NCBI GenBank assembly: GCA_963720185.1
Contig: OY970388.1
Location: 1,340,077 to 1,404,076 of the forward strand
Length of the DNA stretch: 64,000 bases
DNA from: Vulcanimicrobiota bacterium
GTDB lineage: Bacteria > Vulcanimicrobiota > Vulcanimicrobiia > Vulcanimicrobiales > Vulcanimicrobiaceae
Direction of reading: 5' to 3'
Of this stretch, positions 17,241 to 29,058 are shown in pieces. The translations under genes were made by a program, and so were the position numbers. The stretch's first letter is position 1, and every line of letters begins with the position of its first letter. A model generated the notes under the pieces. That model saw only the letters and a list, made by a program, of their open reading frames with translations, did no database searches and was not told the DNA's origin.

Positions 17241-18418
17241 GAGCTGGCGCCCGGCTTCCACTTGCCCACGAGGGCGCGAGAGATTACGACGCGTTGAATC
17301 TGCTGCGTGCCTTCGTAGATCTGCGTGATCTTCGCATCGCGCATCATGCGTTCCAACGGATACTCGACGGAGTATCCGTAACCACCCAAGATTTGCACGG
17401 CGTCGGTCGTAACGCTCATGGCGACGTCGCCGCATTTCAGCTTGCACATCGCCGCCCATAGGGTCACGTCCGCGGCCTCTTCGTCGCATTTGCGCGCTGC
17501 TTCATAAAGCAGCAAACGCGCGGCCTCGACCTCCGTCTTCATGTCCGCCAGCATGAATGCGACGCCCTGCTGTTGGCTGATGGGCTTGCCGAATGCCATG
17601 CGCTCGCGAGCGTACTCCGTGGCGTAGTCCAGCGCGCCCTGCGCGATCCCGAGCGCCTGCGCCGCAATGCCGGGACGCGATTTGTCGAGCACTTTCATCG
17701 CGATTTTGAACCCTTCGCCTTCGCGGCCGATCAAATTTTCGGCCGGCACTTCACAGTTTTCAAAAATTAACTCGACGGTGGGTGATCCGCGAATGCCCAT
17801 CTTTTTCTCGAGTTTGCCGACGGCGAATCCGGGGAAGCCGCGCTCAACGGCAAAGGCGCTGATGCCGTTTGGCCCCGCGCCGGGATCGGTCACCGCAAAC
17901 ACGCAAACCACATCGGCGACGCTGCCGTTTGTGATCCAGATCTTCTGTCCGTTGAGAATATACTTGCCGTCGCGCTTCTCCGCTCGCGCGCGCATCGAAC
18001 CGGCTGCATCGGAACCGCTGCCCGCTTCCGTCAGCGCATAGGCGGCAACCCATTCGCCGGACGCAAGTTTGGGCAAGTATTTTTGCCGCTGCTCTTCGGT
18101 GCCCGCGATCAGGATCGGCAGCATGCCTAATTCCTGCACCGCCACGATCAGCGAACTTGAGGCGCAGGCTTTGGCGATCTCTTCAACGACTTTGCAGTAA
18201 GTCAAAAATGTACCGCCGAGTCCACCGTATTCCACGGGGATCGGTATTCCCAGCAGATCGTTTTGGGCAAAAAGCCGGCGAATGTCTTGCGGATATTCGC
18301 CGCGTTCATCGATCTCTGCGGCGCGCGGTGCAACCTTCTCGGCGACCAGCTCGCGCACGACCTCGAGCATCAGGGCCTCTTCTTCAGAAGAGGCGTGATG
18401 TGTAGCGGCAATGGCCAT
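17237..18418 (-). CDS. acyl-CoA dehydrogenase
   Basis: ORF 17237..18598. I set the start at ATG 18418 (MAIAATHHASSEEEALMLEVVRELV...). It shows the ACAD pattern: ALTEAGSGSDAA, KIWITNG, and the C-terminal QIYEGTQQIQRVVI. Confidence 0.9.
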   Translation of the reverse strand: MAIAATHHASSEEEALMLEVVRELVAEKVAPRAAEIDERGEYPQDIRRLFAQNDLLGIPIPVEYGGLGGTFLTYCKVVEEIAKACASSSLIVAVQELGMLPILIAGTEEQRQKYLPKLASGEWVAAYALTEAGSGSDAAGSMRARAEKRDGKYILNGQKIWITNGSVADVVCVFAVTDPGAGPNGISAFAVERGFPGFAVGKLEKKMGIRGSPTVELIFENCEVPAENLIGREGEGFKIAMKVLDKSRPGIAAQALGIAQGALDYATEYARERMAFGKPISQQQGVAFMLADMKTEVEAARLLLYEAARKCDEEAADVTLWAAMCKLKCGDVAMSVTTDAVQILGGYGYSVEYPLERMMRDAKITQIYEGTQQIQRVVISRALVGKWKPGASS

Positions 18419-18474
18419 GCGCGTACTTTTCGGGGAGGGAGCGCCGCTCCCCGCCATAGCATACACTCTCGAGT

Positions 18475-19233
18475 ATGGACAAAGTCGTGGCTTCATGCGC
18501 GCAAGCCGTGAGAGATATCCCCAGCGGTGCATCGCTGGCGGTCGGCGGATTCGGTCTGTGCGGGATTCCGCATAACTTAATTGGGGCGTTGCTCGCACAG
18601 GGAGCGACGGATCTCATTACGGTTTCCAATAACTGCGGCGTCGACGGTTGGGGGTTAGGCGTGCTGCTCGACGCAAAACGGATCAAACGAACGACGGGCT
18701 CCTACGTCGGGGAGAATCGCGAATTCGAACGGCAGTATTTGCACGGAGAACTGGAAGTGGAACTGGTTCCGCAAGGCACGTTAGCGGAGCGGCTGCGCGC
18801 GGGCGGTTGCGGCATCCCGGCGTTCTACACGCCGGCCGGCGTCGGCACGCAAGTGGCGGAGGGCGGTTTGCCGTGGCGGCACAATGCGGATGGTTCCATC
18901 GCAAAACCGTCGCCGAAGAAAGAGACGCGCACGTTTAACGGGCGCGACTACGTGATGGAAGAAGGGATCGTGTGCGACTTTGCGCTCGTGCGGGCGAGCA
19001 TCGGAGATACGCATGGGAACCTGGTGTTTCACAAAGCAACGCGCAACTTCAACCCGCTTTGTGCGATGGCGGGAAAGACGACGATCGCGGAAGTGGAAGA
19101 GCTGGTCGAGCCAGGGCGGATCGATCCGGAGAACGTGCACCTTCCGGGCGTCTTCGTGCAGCGCGTGGTTGAAGTCGGAGCGGAAGGCAAGCGCATCGAG
19201 CGCGTGACGACACGCAAGCGGAGTGAAGGCTGA
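18475..19233 (+). CDS. scoA: 3-oxoacid CoA-transferase subunit A
   Basis: 252 aa. The family I CoA-transferase alpha pattern is present: [35 protein letters not shown]. Confidence 0.9.
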   Translation: MDKVVASCAQAVRDIPSGASLAVGGFGLCGIPHNLIGALLAQGATDLITVSNNCGVDGWGLGVLLDAKRIKRTTGSYVGENREFERQYLHGELEVELVPQGTLAERLRAGGCGIPAFYTPAGVGTQVAEGGLPWRHNADGSIAKPSPKKETRTFNGRDYVMEEGIVCDFALVRASIGDTHGNLVFHKATRNFNPLCAMAGKTTIAEVEELVEPGRIDPENVHLPGVFVQRVVEVGAEGKRIERVTTRKRSEG

Positions 19234-19904
19234 TGGCGCTCACGCGGACGCAGCTCGCGGCTCGGGTCGCGCAAGAATTGCGCGACGGGCAATACGTGAA
19301 CCTGGGAATCGGTTTGCCGACATTGATTCCGAACTATGTGCCCGCGGGCATCACCGTGACGTTACAGAGCGAGAACGGCATCTTGGGCATGGGCCCTTAC
19401 CCGTACGAGGGCGATGAAGAAGCCGACCTGATCAACGCCGGCAAGGAAACGGTGACGCTGCTTCCGGGCGCATCGTTCTTTGACTCGGCTACCTCATTCG
19501 GCATGATTCGCGGCGGCCACATCGATCTTGCGGTGCTCGGCGCCATGCAAGTTTCCGCGGCGGGCGACTTAGCGAACTGGATGATTCCCGGAAAAATGGT
19601 GAAGGGCATGGGCGGTGCGATGGATCTGGTGCACGGCGCCAAGCGGCTCATCGTGATGATGGAGCACGTCGCAAAGGGCGGCACGCACAAGATCGTCGAG
19701 CGGTGCTCGTTGCCGCTGACCGGCAAGGGCGTCGTGCATCAGATCATTACGGACATGGCCACATTAGACGTCACGCCCGATGGGTTAATCCTTCGCGAAG
19801 TCGCGCCGGGCGTACACGTGGAGGACGTGCAAGCGGCGACGGAACCGAACGTCCTGGTCCCCGAAGAACCCGCCGTCATGCGAATTCCTGCGGACGTGCA
19901 GTAA
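19233..19904 (+). CDS. scoB: 3-oxoacid CoA-transferase subunit B
   Basis: 223 aa. It has the SENG motif with the catalytic Glu ([12 protein letters not shown]). The start abuts the scoA stop. Confidence 0.9.
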   Translation: MALTRTQLAARVAQELRDGQYVNLGIGLPTLIPNYVPAGITVTLQSENGILGMGPYPYEGDEEADLINAGKETVTLLPGASFFDSATSFGMIRGGHIDLAVLGAMQVSAAGDLANWMIPGKMVKGMGGAMDLVHGAKRLIVMMEHVAKGGTHKIVERCSLPLTGKGVVHQIITDMATLDVTPDGLILREVAPGVHVEDVQAATEPNVLVPEEPAVMRIPADVQ

Positions 19905-19913
19905 AAGCCGCAG

Positions 19914-21728
19914 CTACGCGATGGTGGCCGCTTCCGCGCGGAACTGCTTTCGGTAGAGACGCGCGTATGCGCCGCCGCGCGCCAGCAGCTCCGCATGCGT
20001 GCCCCGCTCGACAATGCGTCCCGCTTCAACGACGAAGATCACGTCCGCGGAAAGAATCGTCGAAAGCCGGTGCGCGATCACTAGACTCGTTCGCCCTCGC
20101 ATGAGCGGTACGAGTGCCGCCTGGATCGCCGCCTCGCTGTGGGAATCGAGCGAACTGGTTGCTTCATCAAGAATTAAAATCTTCGGATTCTTGAGCAGCA
20201 CGCGGGCGATCGCTAAACGCTGGCGCTCGCCCCCCGAAAGCTTATGCCCGCGCTCGCCGACGACGGTCTCGTACCCCTCCGGGAGCGAAAGAATAAAGTC
20301 GTGGATGTTTGCCGCACGCGAGGCTGCTACGAGTTCATCTTGGGTTGCATCGATCTTCGCGTAGCGCAGATTGTTGGCGATTGTGTCGTGAAAAAGGTAC
20401 GTTTCTTGCGATACGATGCCGATATCCCGGCGCAGTGACGAAAGCGTGAGCGTCCGCGCGTCGAGTCCATCGATCAAAACGGCCCCGCTTTGCGGATCGT
20501 AAAAGCGCGGGACCAGCTGCGTGATCGTGGTTTTGCCCGCGCCGGAGGGTCCGACGAAGGCCGCGAGTTCCCCAGGCGCGACTTCAAAGGAAACGCCGTC
20601 CAGCACGCGCCGGCGGCCATCGTACGAAAAGGTCACGTCGGCGAACCGGATGTCGCCGCCCACGCTCGGAAGTTCTGCCGAGTCGGCAGATTCGTACGGT
20701 TCCGTCTTCATGTCGAGATAATCGAAGATGCGTTCGAACACGGCCAGCGCGCTGACGACTTGCACTTGAATGCCGGCCAGCGCCGCGGCCGGTCCGTAAA
20801 GCCGCGTGCCGATGAATCCAATGAAGGCCACGATGACGCCGATCTGAACCTGCGACCGGACCGCCAGCCATCCGCCTCCGAGCCACACGAGCGCCGGGCC
20901 CACGATCACCATGGCGCCGATCAACGCCATGAACCAGCGTCCGACCATCGCGAGATCGATCTCCAGCCCCATGAGGTCCGTGCCGACCCGGTAGAACCGC
21001 TGGCGTTCGTAGCCTTCGCGCGAAAACGACTTGATCAACGTAATGCCGGAGATCGATAACGTTTCCTGGGTGATGGACTCGATCTCGTCGCGTTTTTCGC
21101 GCGTGTGCCGGCGGATCAGGTACATGCGGCGCCCGACCGGAGAGAGCGGCAGAATCATGAGCGGCACGATCGCCACCGACATCAACGCCAGCCGCCAATT
21201 CCAAACAAACATCGCGACCACCGTCGTGGCGATCATCACGGCGTTGGTAATGACCGATGTCAGGGTTCCCGTGACGACGTTGTCGATGTTGTCGACATCG
21301 TTGCTGACCCGGTTCATAATCTCGCCCGTTTTGGTTCCAGTGAAGAAGGAGAGCGGCATGCGATGCAAGTGCGAAACGAGCCGCGTGCGGATGTCCCGCA
21401 TGATGCCTTCGCCGACGACCGAGTTCAGATAGCCCTGCAGCACGCCGATCAGGCCGGCTGCCAGCGCCGAAGCGACGATGATGCCGACGTCCCAGAGCAG
21501 TTCGGCCAAATCTTTGCGCGGGATCGCGCGATCGATAATGCGGGCGGTGATGAAGCCGGGAACGAGCCCCAAGAGGGAAGCGATGAGAATGCAGGCCAGC
21601 ACGAACGCCTGCTCTTTGAAGTACGGCGAAAAAAACGCGCCGATCCGTTTCCAGTCGACGCGTTTGCGAACGTGCGGTTTTTCGGGCTGATACATCGACG
21701 ACCACATCAGCCCATGTCCCGAGAACAT
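19914..21728 (-). CDS. ABC transporter, fused permease/ATP-binding exporter (MsbA-like, type I exporter)
   Basis: 604 aa. It has a six-TM N-terminal domain, Walker A GPSGAGKTT, the signature LSGGERQRLAIAR, and Walker B ILILDEATS. Confidence 0.9.
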   Translation of the reverse strand: MFSGHGLMWSSMYQPEKPHVRKRVDWKRIGAFFSPYFKEQAFVLACILIASLLGLVPGFITARIIDRAIPRKDLAELLWDVGIIVASALAAGLIGVLQGYLNSVVGEGIMRDIRTRLVSHLHRMPLSFFTGTKTGEIMNRVSNDVDNIDNVVTGTLTSVITNAVMIATTVVAMFVWNWRLALMSVAIVPLMILPLSPVGRRMYLIRRHTREKRDEIESITQETLSISGITLIKSFSREGYERQRFYRVGTDLMGLEIDLAMVGRWFMALIGAMVIVGPALVWLGGGWLAVRSQVQIGVIVAFIGFIGTRLYGPAAALAGIQVQVVSALAVFERIFDYLDMKTEPYESADSAELPSVGGDIRFADVTFSYDGRRRVLDGVSFEVAPGELAAFVGPSGAGKTTITQLVPRFYDPQSGAVLIDGLDARTLTLSSLRRDIGIVSQETYLFHDTIANNLRYAKIDATQDELVAASRAANIHDFILSLPEGYETVVGERGHKLSGGERQRLAIARVLLKNPKILILDEATSSLDSHSEAAIQAALVPLMRGRTSLVIAHRLSTILSADVIFVVEAGRIVERGTHAELLARGGAYARLYRKQFRAEAATIA

Positions 21729-21731
21729 GGG

Positions 21732-22097
21732 CTAGTGCGGCGTAGTCGTTTGGTGCAGCGTTACCTTGTTGCCTTCCGGGTCGGAGAATGACAGAATGCG
21801 GCACACCGGGGTCTCATACGGCTCTTCGGAAACGTCGACGCCGGCGCCGCGGACTTGTTGAACGGTATCCTCAATCTTCTCCACTTCAAACGCAAGGCCG
21901 CCGGAGGGCGCAACCTCCTGCCATTCCGTCGTGATGACGGCAAACCAGCCGCTTCCGACTTGTCCTTGAGCGTACTTTTCGACGCCGTCCTGCACGAGCG
22001 GCTCATCGAACCGAATGCCGAGCGCGTTGGTGTAGAACTTGCGAAGACGCGAAACGTCTTTAGCCGGATATGCGGTAAATGCGATGTCTTTAACCAT
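21732..22097 (-). CDS. VOC family protein (glyoxalase-like)
   Basis: 121 aa with a glyoxalase-like fold pattern. An AGGAG RBS overlaps the dnaJ stop. The ABC exporter start lies 3 nt downstream. Confidence 0.7.
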   Translation of the reverse strand: MVKDIAFTAYPAKDVSRLRKFYTNALGIRFDEPLVQDGVEKYAQGQVGSGWFAVITTEWQEVAPSGGLAFEVEKIEDTVQQVRGAGVDVSEEPYETPVCRILSFSDPEGNKVTLHQTTTPH

Positions 22098-22105
22098 AGA
22101 TTCTC

Positions 22106-23113
22106 CTATCGTTTGCCGTTGCGCACGGCGGCGAGTTCGCGGAAGAGCTTCTTCTCTTTGTCACTGAGATTCGTCGGCAATTGTCCAATCAAGCGAACGT
22201 ATTGGTCCCCGGCGCCTCCGTTGCGGACGCGCGGCATTCCGCGGCCGCTCAAGCGCAGCAGACGATTGTTCTGCGTGCCCGCAGGAATCGTCATCGTCAC
22301 GTTTCCCGACATCGTCGGAACGCTGACATCTCCGCCGAGCACGAGATCGTACAAGCTCACCGGAAGATCGACGTAGAGATCGTCGCCTTTACGAACGTAC
22401 GTGGGATCGTCGAGCGTCTGCACGATCAGATAGAGGTCCCCGTTAGGGCCGCCGGCAACGCCGCTGCCCCCTTGCCCCGCCAAGCGGATCCGCTGGCCGT
22501 CGCCGATGCCCTTTGGGATGGTGACTTCGAACTTTTTGTTCGTTAAAATTCGGCCGGTGCCGTGGCAGTTGGTACAGATTGCGCCGCGCAGCGTGCCGGT
22601 TCCGCGGCAACGCGGGCAGACGTCTTCAATCTGCAGCGACACCGATTTCTTTCCGCCTTCGTAGGCGTCGTGCAGGCTTAGCTCGATCGTCGTTTCGAGA
22701 TCTTGCCCGCGCTGCGCAAAGCCGGTGCTTTGCGCCGTGTTGCGCCGCCCGATTCCCGAGAAGAACATATCGAAGAAGTCGGAGAAGCCGCTCGGTCCGC
22801 CGCCGGCGCCCTCGCCGAAGTCGAAGTGAAACGCCTCGCCTTGCTGCTGACGATAGCGGCGCTGCTGTTCGGCCTGCTGCGCGGCCTGCTGCCAGTTGCT
22901 TCCGAGCGCATCGTACTTGCGGCGCTTTTCCGGATCGCCGAGCACTTCGTACGCTTCTTGGATCTCTTTGAAGCGTTCTTCGGCTTGCTTTTGGTTGTTT
23001 GGATTAGCGTCCGGATGCCACTTACGGGCGAGCTTCCGGTACGCCGACTTGATGTCTTTTTCCGGCGAGTTTTTGGGTACGCCTAAGAGTTGATAGTAAT
23101 CCTTATAGTTCAT
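22106..23113 (-). CDS. dnaJ: molecular chaperone DnaJ
   Basis: From the internal ATG at 23113: MNYKDYYQLLGVPKNSPEKDIKSAYRKLARKWHPD (J domain with HPD). It also has a G/F-rich region and the zinc finger CPRCRGTG...CTNCHGTG. Confidence 0.92.
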   Translation of the reverse strand: MNYKDYYQLLGVPKNSPEKDIKSAYRKLARKWHPDANPNNQKQAEERFKEIQEAYEVLGDPEKRRKYDALGSNWQQAAQQAEQQRRYRQQQGEAFHFDFGEGAGGGPSGFSDFFDMFFSGIGRRNTAQSTGFAQRGQDLETTIELSLHDAYEGGKKSVSLQIEDVCPRCRGTGTLRGAICTNCHGTGRILTNKKFEVTIPKGIGDGQRIRLAGQGGSGVAGGPNGDLYLIVQTLDDPTYVRKGDDLYVDLPVSLYDLVLGGDVSVPTMSGNVTMTIPAGTQNNRLLRLSGRGMPRVRNGGAGDQYVRLIGQLPTNLSDKEKKLFRELAAVRNGKR

Positions 23114-23651
23114 CTGCGCAGGCATGCTTGGCCACGATGACCTTGGCGGGGCGAAGCACTTCGTCGCCAATCATGTAGCCGCGCTGCGCCTCTTCAACGA
23201 CGACGTCGTCTTCAACGCCGTCCGCTGCTTGCGTGCCGATCGCTTCAGCGGTTTTTGGATCGAAGCGTTGCCCCTTAACGGAAATCGGCTTCACGCCTTC
23301 CATGCCCAAGAGCGCCTCGAAACCGCGCAGCGTTTGCTGAACGCCGTCGCGCAGCCCATTTGCGTTTTCGCCCTCATAGGCGAGCGCGCGCTCCAGGTTG
23401 TCGAGGACGGGAAGGAACTGCTCCAGCAACCGCCTGCGGCCGGCGGATGCGATCTCGGCGAACTGGCGTTGGGTACGCTTCTTGTAGTTCTCAAAGTCCG
23501 CCGTGGCGAGCAAGAACTTGTTGTAGTTCTCCTCGGCACGTGAGGTTGCGTCCGCAAGCTGAGCTTGCAGATCTTCGGCGGACGCGCCGGCGGCTTCACC
23601 ATTGTGATTTGCCGCCGGCACGTCTGCCTCGGTGATGTATTCATCCTGCAT
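23103..23651 (-). CDS. grpE: nucleotide exchange factor GrpE
   Basis: 182 aa. It has a coiled-coil N-terminus and the GrpE pattern FENYKKRTQRQ...LLPVLDNLERAL. Confidence 0.9.
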   Translation of the reverse strand: MQDEYITEADVPAANHNGEAAGASAEDLQAQLADATSRAEENYNKFLLATADFENYKKRTQRQFAEIASAGRRRLLEQFLPVLDNLERALAYEGENANGLRDGVQQTLRGFEALLGMEGVKPISVKGQRFDPKTAEAIGTQAADGVEDDVVVEEAQRGYMIGDEVLRPAKVIVAKHACADEL

Positions 23652-23669
23652 ATCAGCGCGCCGGAACGA

Positions 23670-25535
<1,866 letters not shown>

Positions 25536-25704
25536 GTACTAAACTCTCTTTCCGAGCTCATGGACCAGCCGCCTGAGGGCCTTGCCGCTTACTGAGCTGA
25601 CAAGGATAAGTGCGGTGCGACTATACTACGCCATCGTCCGCACAGTGTTCCAGGGCTTTAGACCGATTGAGCGGCCCGAGAGTTGCGCTGATTTTAGGCG
25701 AGGC

Positions 25705-25776
25705 TTTGAGGGCACCCACGGGCAGTTAAAGCAACTGGCCGCATCTAGGCGCCCTGCCAAACTGGCGGCCCTCAAA
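25705..25776 (-). terminator. possible structured terminator-like element downstream of htrA (imperfect, no U-tract)
   Basis: A 9-bp inverted repeat, TTTGAGGGC (25705-25713) / GCCCTCAAA (25768-25776), encloses a CAGTT/AACTG hairpin (25723-25737). It starts 12 nt after the htrA stop. Confidence 0.25.
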
Positions 25777-25787
25777 ACAACCCCGGG

Positions 25788-27020
25788 TTAGGGCTGCTGT
25801 TCGTCCTGAGGTGGTTGCTGGTAGCCCTGCTGCACCGGAACCGCGGCCGGCCGCTCACCCAAGGTAACGGCTACCAATCGCTTGGCGCCCTGCGACCAGA
25901 CTTCCATATTGACGTGCGTGCCCGGCTTGAGCTTCTGCGTCGCGGCCTGTAAAGCCGACGCCGTAGTGTACGTGTTGCCGTTGAATTTGAGGATCACGTC
26001 GCCCGGTTGAAGCCCCGCCTGATCGGCGGGTGAACCGCTGATGACCTGGACGATGCCGACGCCGCCTTGCCCGCGATAGCCGCTCTGATTGCGGAAGCCT
26101 TGCGTCACGTCGGCCAGGAGCACGCCCATGTAGGCCTCGTTGGTGCCTTGCGTCACGCCGGGATGAGCGATCATCTGATCGACGACCTTCTTGACGGTAT
26201 TGGAAGGAATCGCGAAGCCGATGCCCTGCGCGCCGGCTCGGTACGTGGACTGGTTCACGCCGATGACGTTGCCGTTAATGTCGATAAGGGGGCCTCCGGA
26301 GTTCCCGGGATTGATCGGCGCCGATGTTTGCAGTAAGCCCTTGAAGGTCATCTGCTCGCCCTGCTCGTCCACGATCGGCTCGGTGCGGTTGAATGCTGAA
26401 ACCACGCCCAATGTCACGCTCTGCTGCAGTTGGTACGGCTCGCCGATGGCAATGGCCCATTGCCCTTGCTGCAAATGATCCGAATCTGCCAACGGTAACG
26501 GCGGGGGCAGCCTTCCGCTATCGACCTTCAGCACGGCCAAATCTGCACCCAGATTTGCCGATACCACGCTTGCGCCCGCCTTTTGACCGGATGGGAAAAT
26601 CACCGTGATGTTGCTGACGTTCGCACCTTGGACAGGTGGGCGAACGACGTGCGCGTTGGTCACGATGTATCCCTGGTCGTTGTAAATGAATCCGGATCCG
26701 GAATCCTTGGCCTTGAAGGGCTGCATCATGCCGGGACCCTGCTGGCCGAAGAACTGCTGCATGAACGGATCGACCGGCTGATAGATTTGCCCGTTGACCG
26801 TTACGTCGATGGCGACGACGGAGGGCTTCGCGCGCTTGACCGCGTTGACGATGCGCTCCTGATCGCCCCCGCCCGAGAGCGGGGCGGCGCTCACCGGCGC
26901 ACCCAACTGGGCGCCGGAGCCGGAAGAGTGCGTGCTCGCATAGAGCATCATGATGAACGATCCGATGATGGCGCCCACGAGAGCGACGATCGCCGTGGGT
27001 AATACTCGATTTCTCAACAT
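25788..27020 (-). CDS. htrA: HtrA/DegP-family serine protease (S1C) with a PDZ domain
   Basis: 410 aa. It has an N-terminal TM/signal anchor, the catalytic motifs TNAHVV and GNSGGPL, and a C-terminal PDZ domain (GSPADQAGLQPGDVI). Confidence 0.9.
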   Translation of the reverse strand: MLRNRVLPTAIVALVGAIIGSFIMMLYASTHSSGSGAQLGAPVSAAPLSGGGDQERIVNAVKRAKPSVVAIDVTVNGQIYQPVDPFMQQFFGQQGPGMMQPFKAKDSGSGFIYNDQGYIVTNAHVVRPPVQGANVSNITVIFPSGQKAGASVVSANLGADLAVLKVDSGRLPPPLPLADSDHLQQGQWAIAIGEPYQLQQSVTLGVVSAFNRTEPIVDEQGEQMTFKGLLQTSAPINPGNSGGPLIDINGNVIGVNQSTYRAGAQGIGFAIPSNTVKKVVDQMIAHPGVTQGTNEAYMGVLLADVTQGFRNQSGYRGQGGVGIVQVISGSPADQAGLQPGDVILKFNGNTYTTASALQAATQKLKPGTHVNMEVWSQGAKRLVAVTLGERPAAVPVQQGYQQPPQDEQQP

Positions 27021-27050
27021 GCTTCCATCTGTAATAACAAAGAAGGGGCT

Positions 27051-27317
27051 TTAGGGCAATCTACCCGTCCAGGCTTGGAAAGTAGCAGACTGCCGCTCGA
27101 TGGCTCTGCGGACCCGTTCGAGCCGCTCTAGCTTGAGTTCCAGCAGCTTCAATTGAAGGATCGTTCTCGCGCGCCGGAGCGCGCGGCGTGAATAGAGTTC
27201 CAGCGATGCCGGCTGTAGTGCATGGTGGGCGGCAGGCCGCCTCGCGGCGGCGGCGTGCGGGGCCGCAAACAAGAGGATCGAGGTCAGCGCGAAGGCGGCG
27301 CGGTAACGGAAAGCCAT
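27051..27317 (-). CDS. small secreted coiled-coil protein (88 aa), hypothetical
   Basis: From the internal ATG at 27317 of ORF 27051..27548: MAFRYRAAFALTSILLFAAPHAAAA is a signal-peptide-like N-terminus. A heptad-like LELKLERLERV region follows. By hand count, about 72% of codons end in G/C, as in bona fide genes here. It lies directly upstream of htrA on the same strand. Confidence 0.5.
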   Translation of the reverse strand: MAFRYRAAFALTSILLFAAPHAAAARRPAAHHALQPASLELYSRRALRRARTILQLKLLELKLERLERVRRAIERQSATFQAWTGRLP

Positions 27318-27345
27318 ACGCGCGCCTTCACGACGGACGGCGCCC

Positions 27346-29055
27346 GTGCAAAGTGATGCAGTGAACGCCGATACATTAAGCGTCCCGCCGCCTCCGCAGG
27401 AGCCGTACGTCCGCATCATTCCGCTGGGCGGATGCGGAGAGATCGGGCGCAACATGACGCTGATCGAAAGCAACGACGACCTGATTGCCGTCGATTGCGG
27501 CTTGATGTTTCCGGACGAAGAGATGTACGGCGTCGACATCGTGATCAACGACTTTACCTACATCCGGGAGCGCGCGGACAAGTTCGCGGCGCTTCTGGTT
27601 ACGCACGGCCATGAGGATCACATCGGCGGAATTCCTTACCTGCTGCGCGAGTTCGACGTGCCGGTGGTCGGCACGCCGTTAACGCTGGCGCTGATCAAAG
27701 CCAAAGCACGCGATCACAAGACCATCTCGGAATCGCGCTTCGTCGAGGTGAAGCCGGGCGAAACGGTACGCTATGGGGCAATTGAAGCGCGCTTCATTCA
27801 CGTGAACCACTCCGTGGCCGGCGCCTGCGCACTGGCCTTGCGCACGCCGGTCGGAACGATCTTTCACACGGGCGACTTCAAATTCGATCAAACGCCGGTG
27901 GACGGCAAGCCGGCCGATTTCGCGGCAATCGCCCGGCTGGGCGATGAAGGCGTGCTTTGCATGCTCTCCGACAGCACCAATGCCGAACGGCCGGGGCACA
28001 CGCTCTCCGAGCGAATCGTCGGCGACGCGTTGGCCAACGTTTTCGCGCATGCCAAGGGCCGCATCATCGTGGCCTCCTTCGCCTCGAACGTCCCGCGCAT
28101 CGCTCAAGTGCTCGAACAGACGGTGCGATTCGATCGCAAGATCGCGTTCTTAGGCCGTTCGCTTGCCAACGTGGTGCACTTCGCCTCCGAGCTGGGGTAT
28201 TTGCGCGTCCCGCCGGACCGCGCAATTCGCGTTGAAGACGTCGAGGAGTACCCGGCGGAAAAAGTCGTGATCATGACGACGGGCTCGCAAGGCGAACCGA
28301 TGAGCGCCCTCACGCGGATGTCGTTGCGCGATCACGCCAAAGTGAAGATCGTGCCGGGCGATACCGTCGTGATCAGCGCCACGCCGATCCCCGGTAATGA
28401 GAAAGGCGTCTATAAGACGATCAACAACTTGTGGCGTTTGGGCGCGAACGTCGTTCACGGAACCGACGGGCGTTCGCACGTTTCGGGACATGCTTCGCAA
28501 GAAGAGCTGCTGCTGATGCTCAACCTCGTGCGGCCGGAATTCTTCGTTCCGGTGCACGGCGAATACCGGATGCTCGTGCAGCACGCCAAACTTGCCCAGC
28601 GGACGGGCATCGATTCCGGCGACGTGTTCGTGGTTGAGGACGGCGACGTGCTGGAGTTCACCGGCGGCTACGGCGAAAAGATCGGCAAGACGTACGGAGG
28701 ACAAGTCTTCGTCGATGGCTCCGGCGTGGGCGACGTCGGCGAGGCGGTGCTGCGCGACCGCAGACTGCTCGCAGCAGACGGCTTTATGATGGTCGTCGTG
28801 ACGATAGACAGCGAAGAAGCGCGGATTATCGCGGGACCGGATTTGATCTCGCGCGGCGTCTTCTACATGCCGCAATCGGACGGCGTGATGGACGAGTTGC
28901 GCGCAGGCTTGGGCGAGGCGATTCAAGAGATCTCCATCGAAGCGATGCGCGATCCCAATACCGTCAAGGAGCATATCCGCAAAGCGCTTGCCGACGCGAT
29001 CTATCAGCGTTACAAGCGGCGCCCGGTTATCGTTCCGGTCGTGATGGAGGCTTAA
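27346..29055 (+). CDS. rnj: ribonuclease J
   Basis: 569 aa with a GTG start. It has the metallo-beta-lactamase motif HGHEDHIGG, a beta-CASP domain, and a C-terminal domain, with typical RNase J length and layout. Confidence 0.93.
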   Translation: MQSDAVNADTLSVPPPPQEPYVRIIPLGGCGEIGRNMTLIESNDDLIAVDCGLMFPDEEMYGVDIVINDFTYIRERADKFAALLVTHGHEDHIGGIPYLLREFDVPVVGTPLTLALIKAKARDHKTISESRFVEVKPGETVRYGAIEARFIHVNHSVAGACALALRTPVGTIFHTGDFKFDQTPVDGKPADFAAIARLGDEGVLCMLSDSTNAERPGHTLSERIVGDALANVFAHAKGRIIVASFASNVPRIAQVLEQTVRFDRKIAFLGRSLANVVHFASELGYLRVPPDRAIRVEDVEEYPAEKVVIMTTGSQGEPMSALTRMSLRDHAKVKIVPGDTVVISATPIPGNEKGVYKTINNLWRLGANVVHGTDGRSHVSGHASQEELLLMLNLVRPEFFVPVHGEYRMLVQHAKLAQRTGIDSGDVFVVEDGDVLEFTGGYGEKIGKTYGGQVFVDGSGVGDVGEAVLRDRRLLAADGFMMVVVTIDSEEARIIAGPDLISRGVFYMPQSDGVMDELRAGLGEAIQEISIEAMRDPNTVKEHIRKALADAIYQRYKRRPVIVPVVMEA

Positions 29056-29058
29056 GAG

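Noticed and set aside
25536-25700. A CIRCE (HrcA) operator or a clear sigma-70 promoter upstream of dnaK
   Set aside because: No TTAGCACTC-N9-GAGTGCTAA-like repeat occurs on either strand. A TATAGT hexamer (minus strand, about 25620) has no acceptably spaced -35 hexamer, so no promoter is called.
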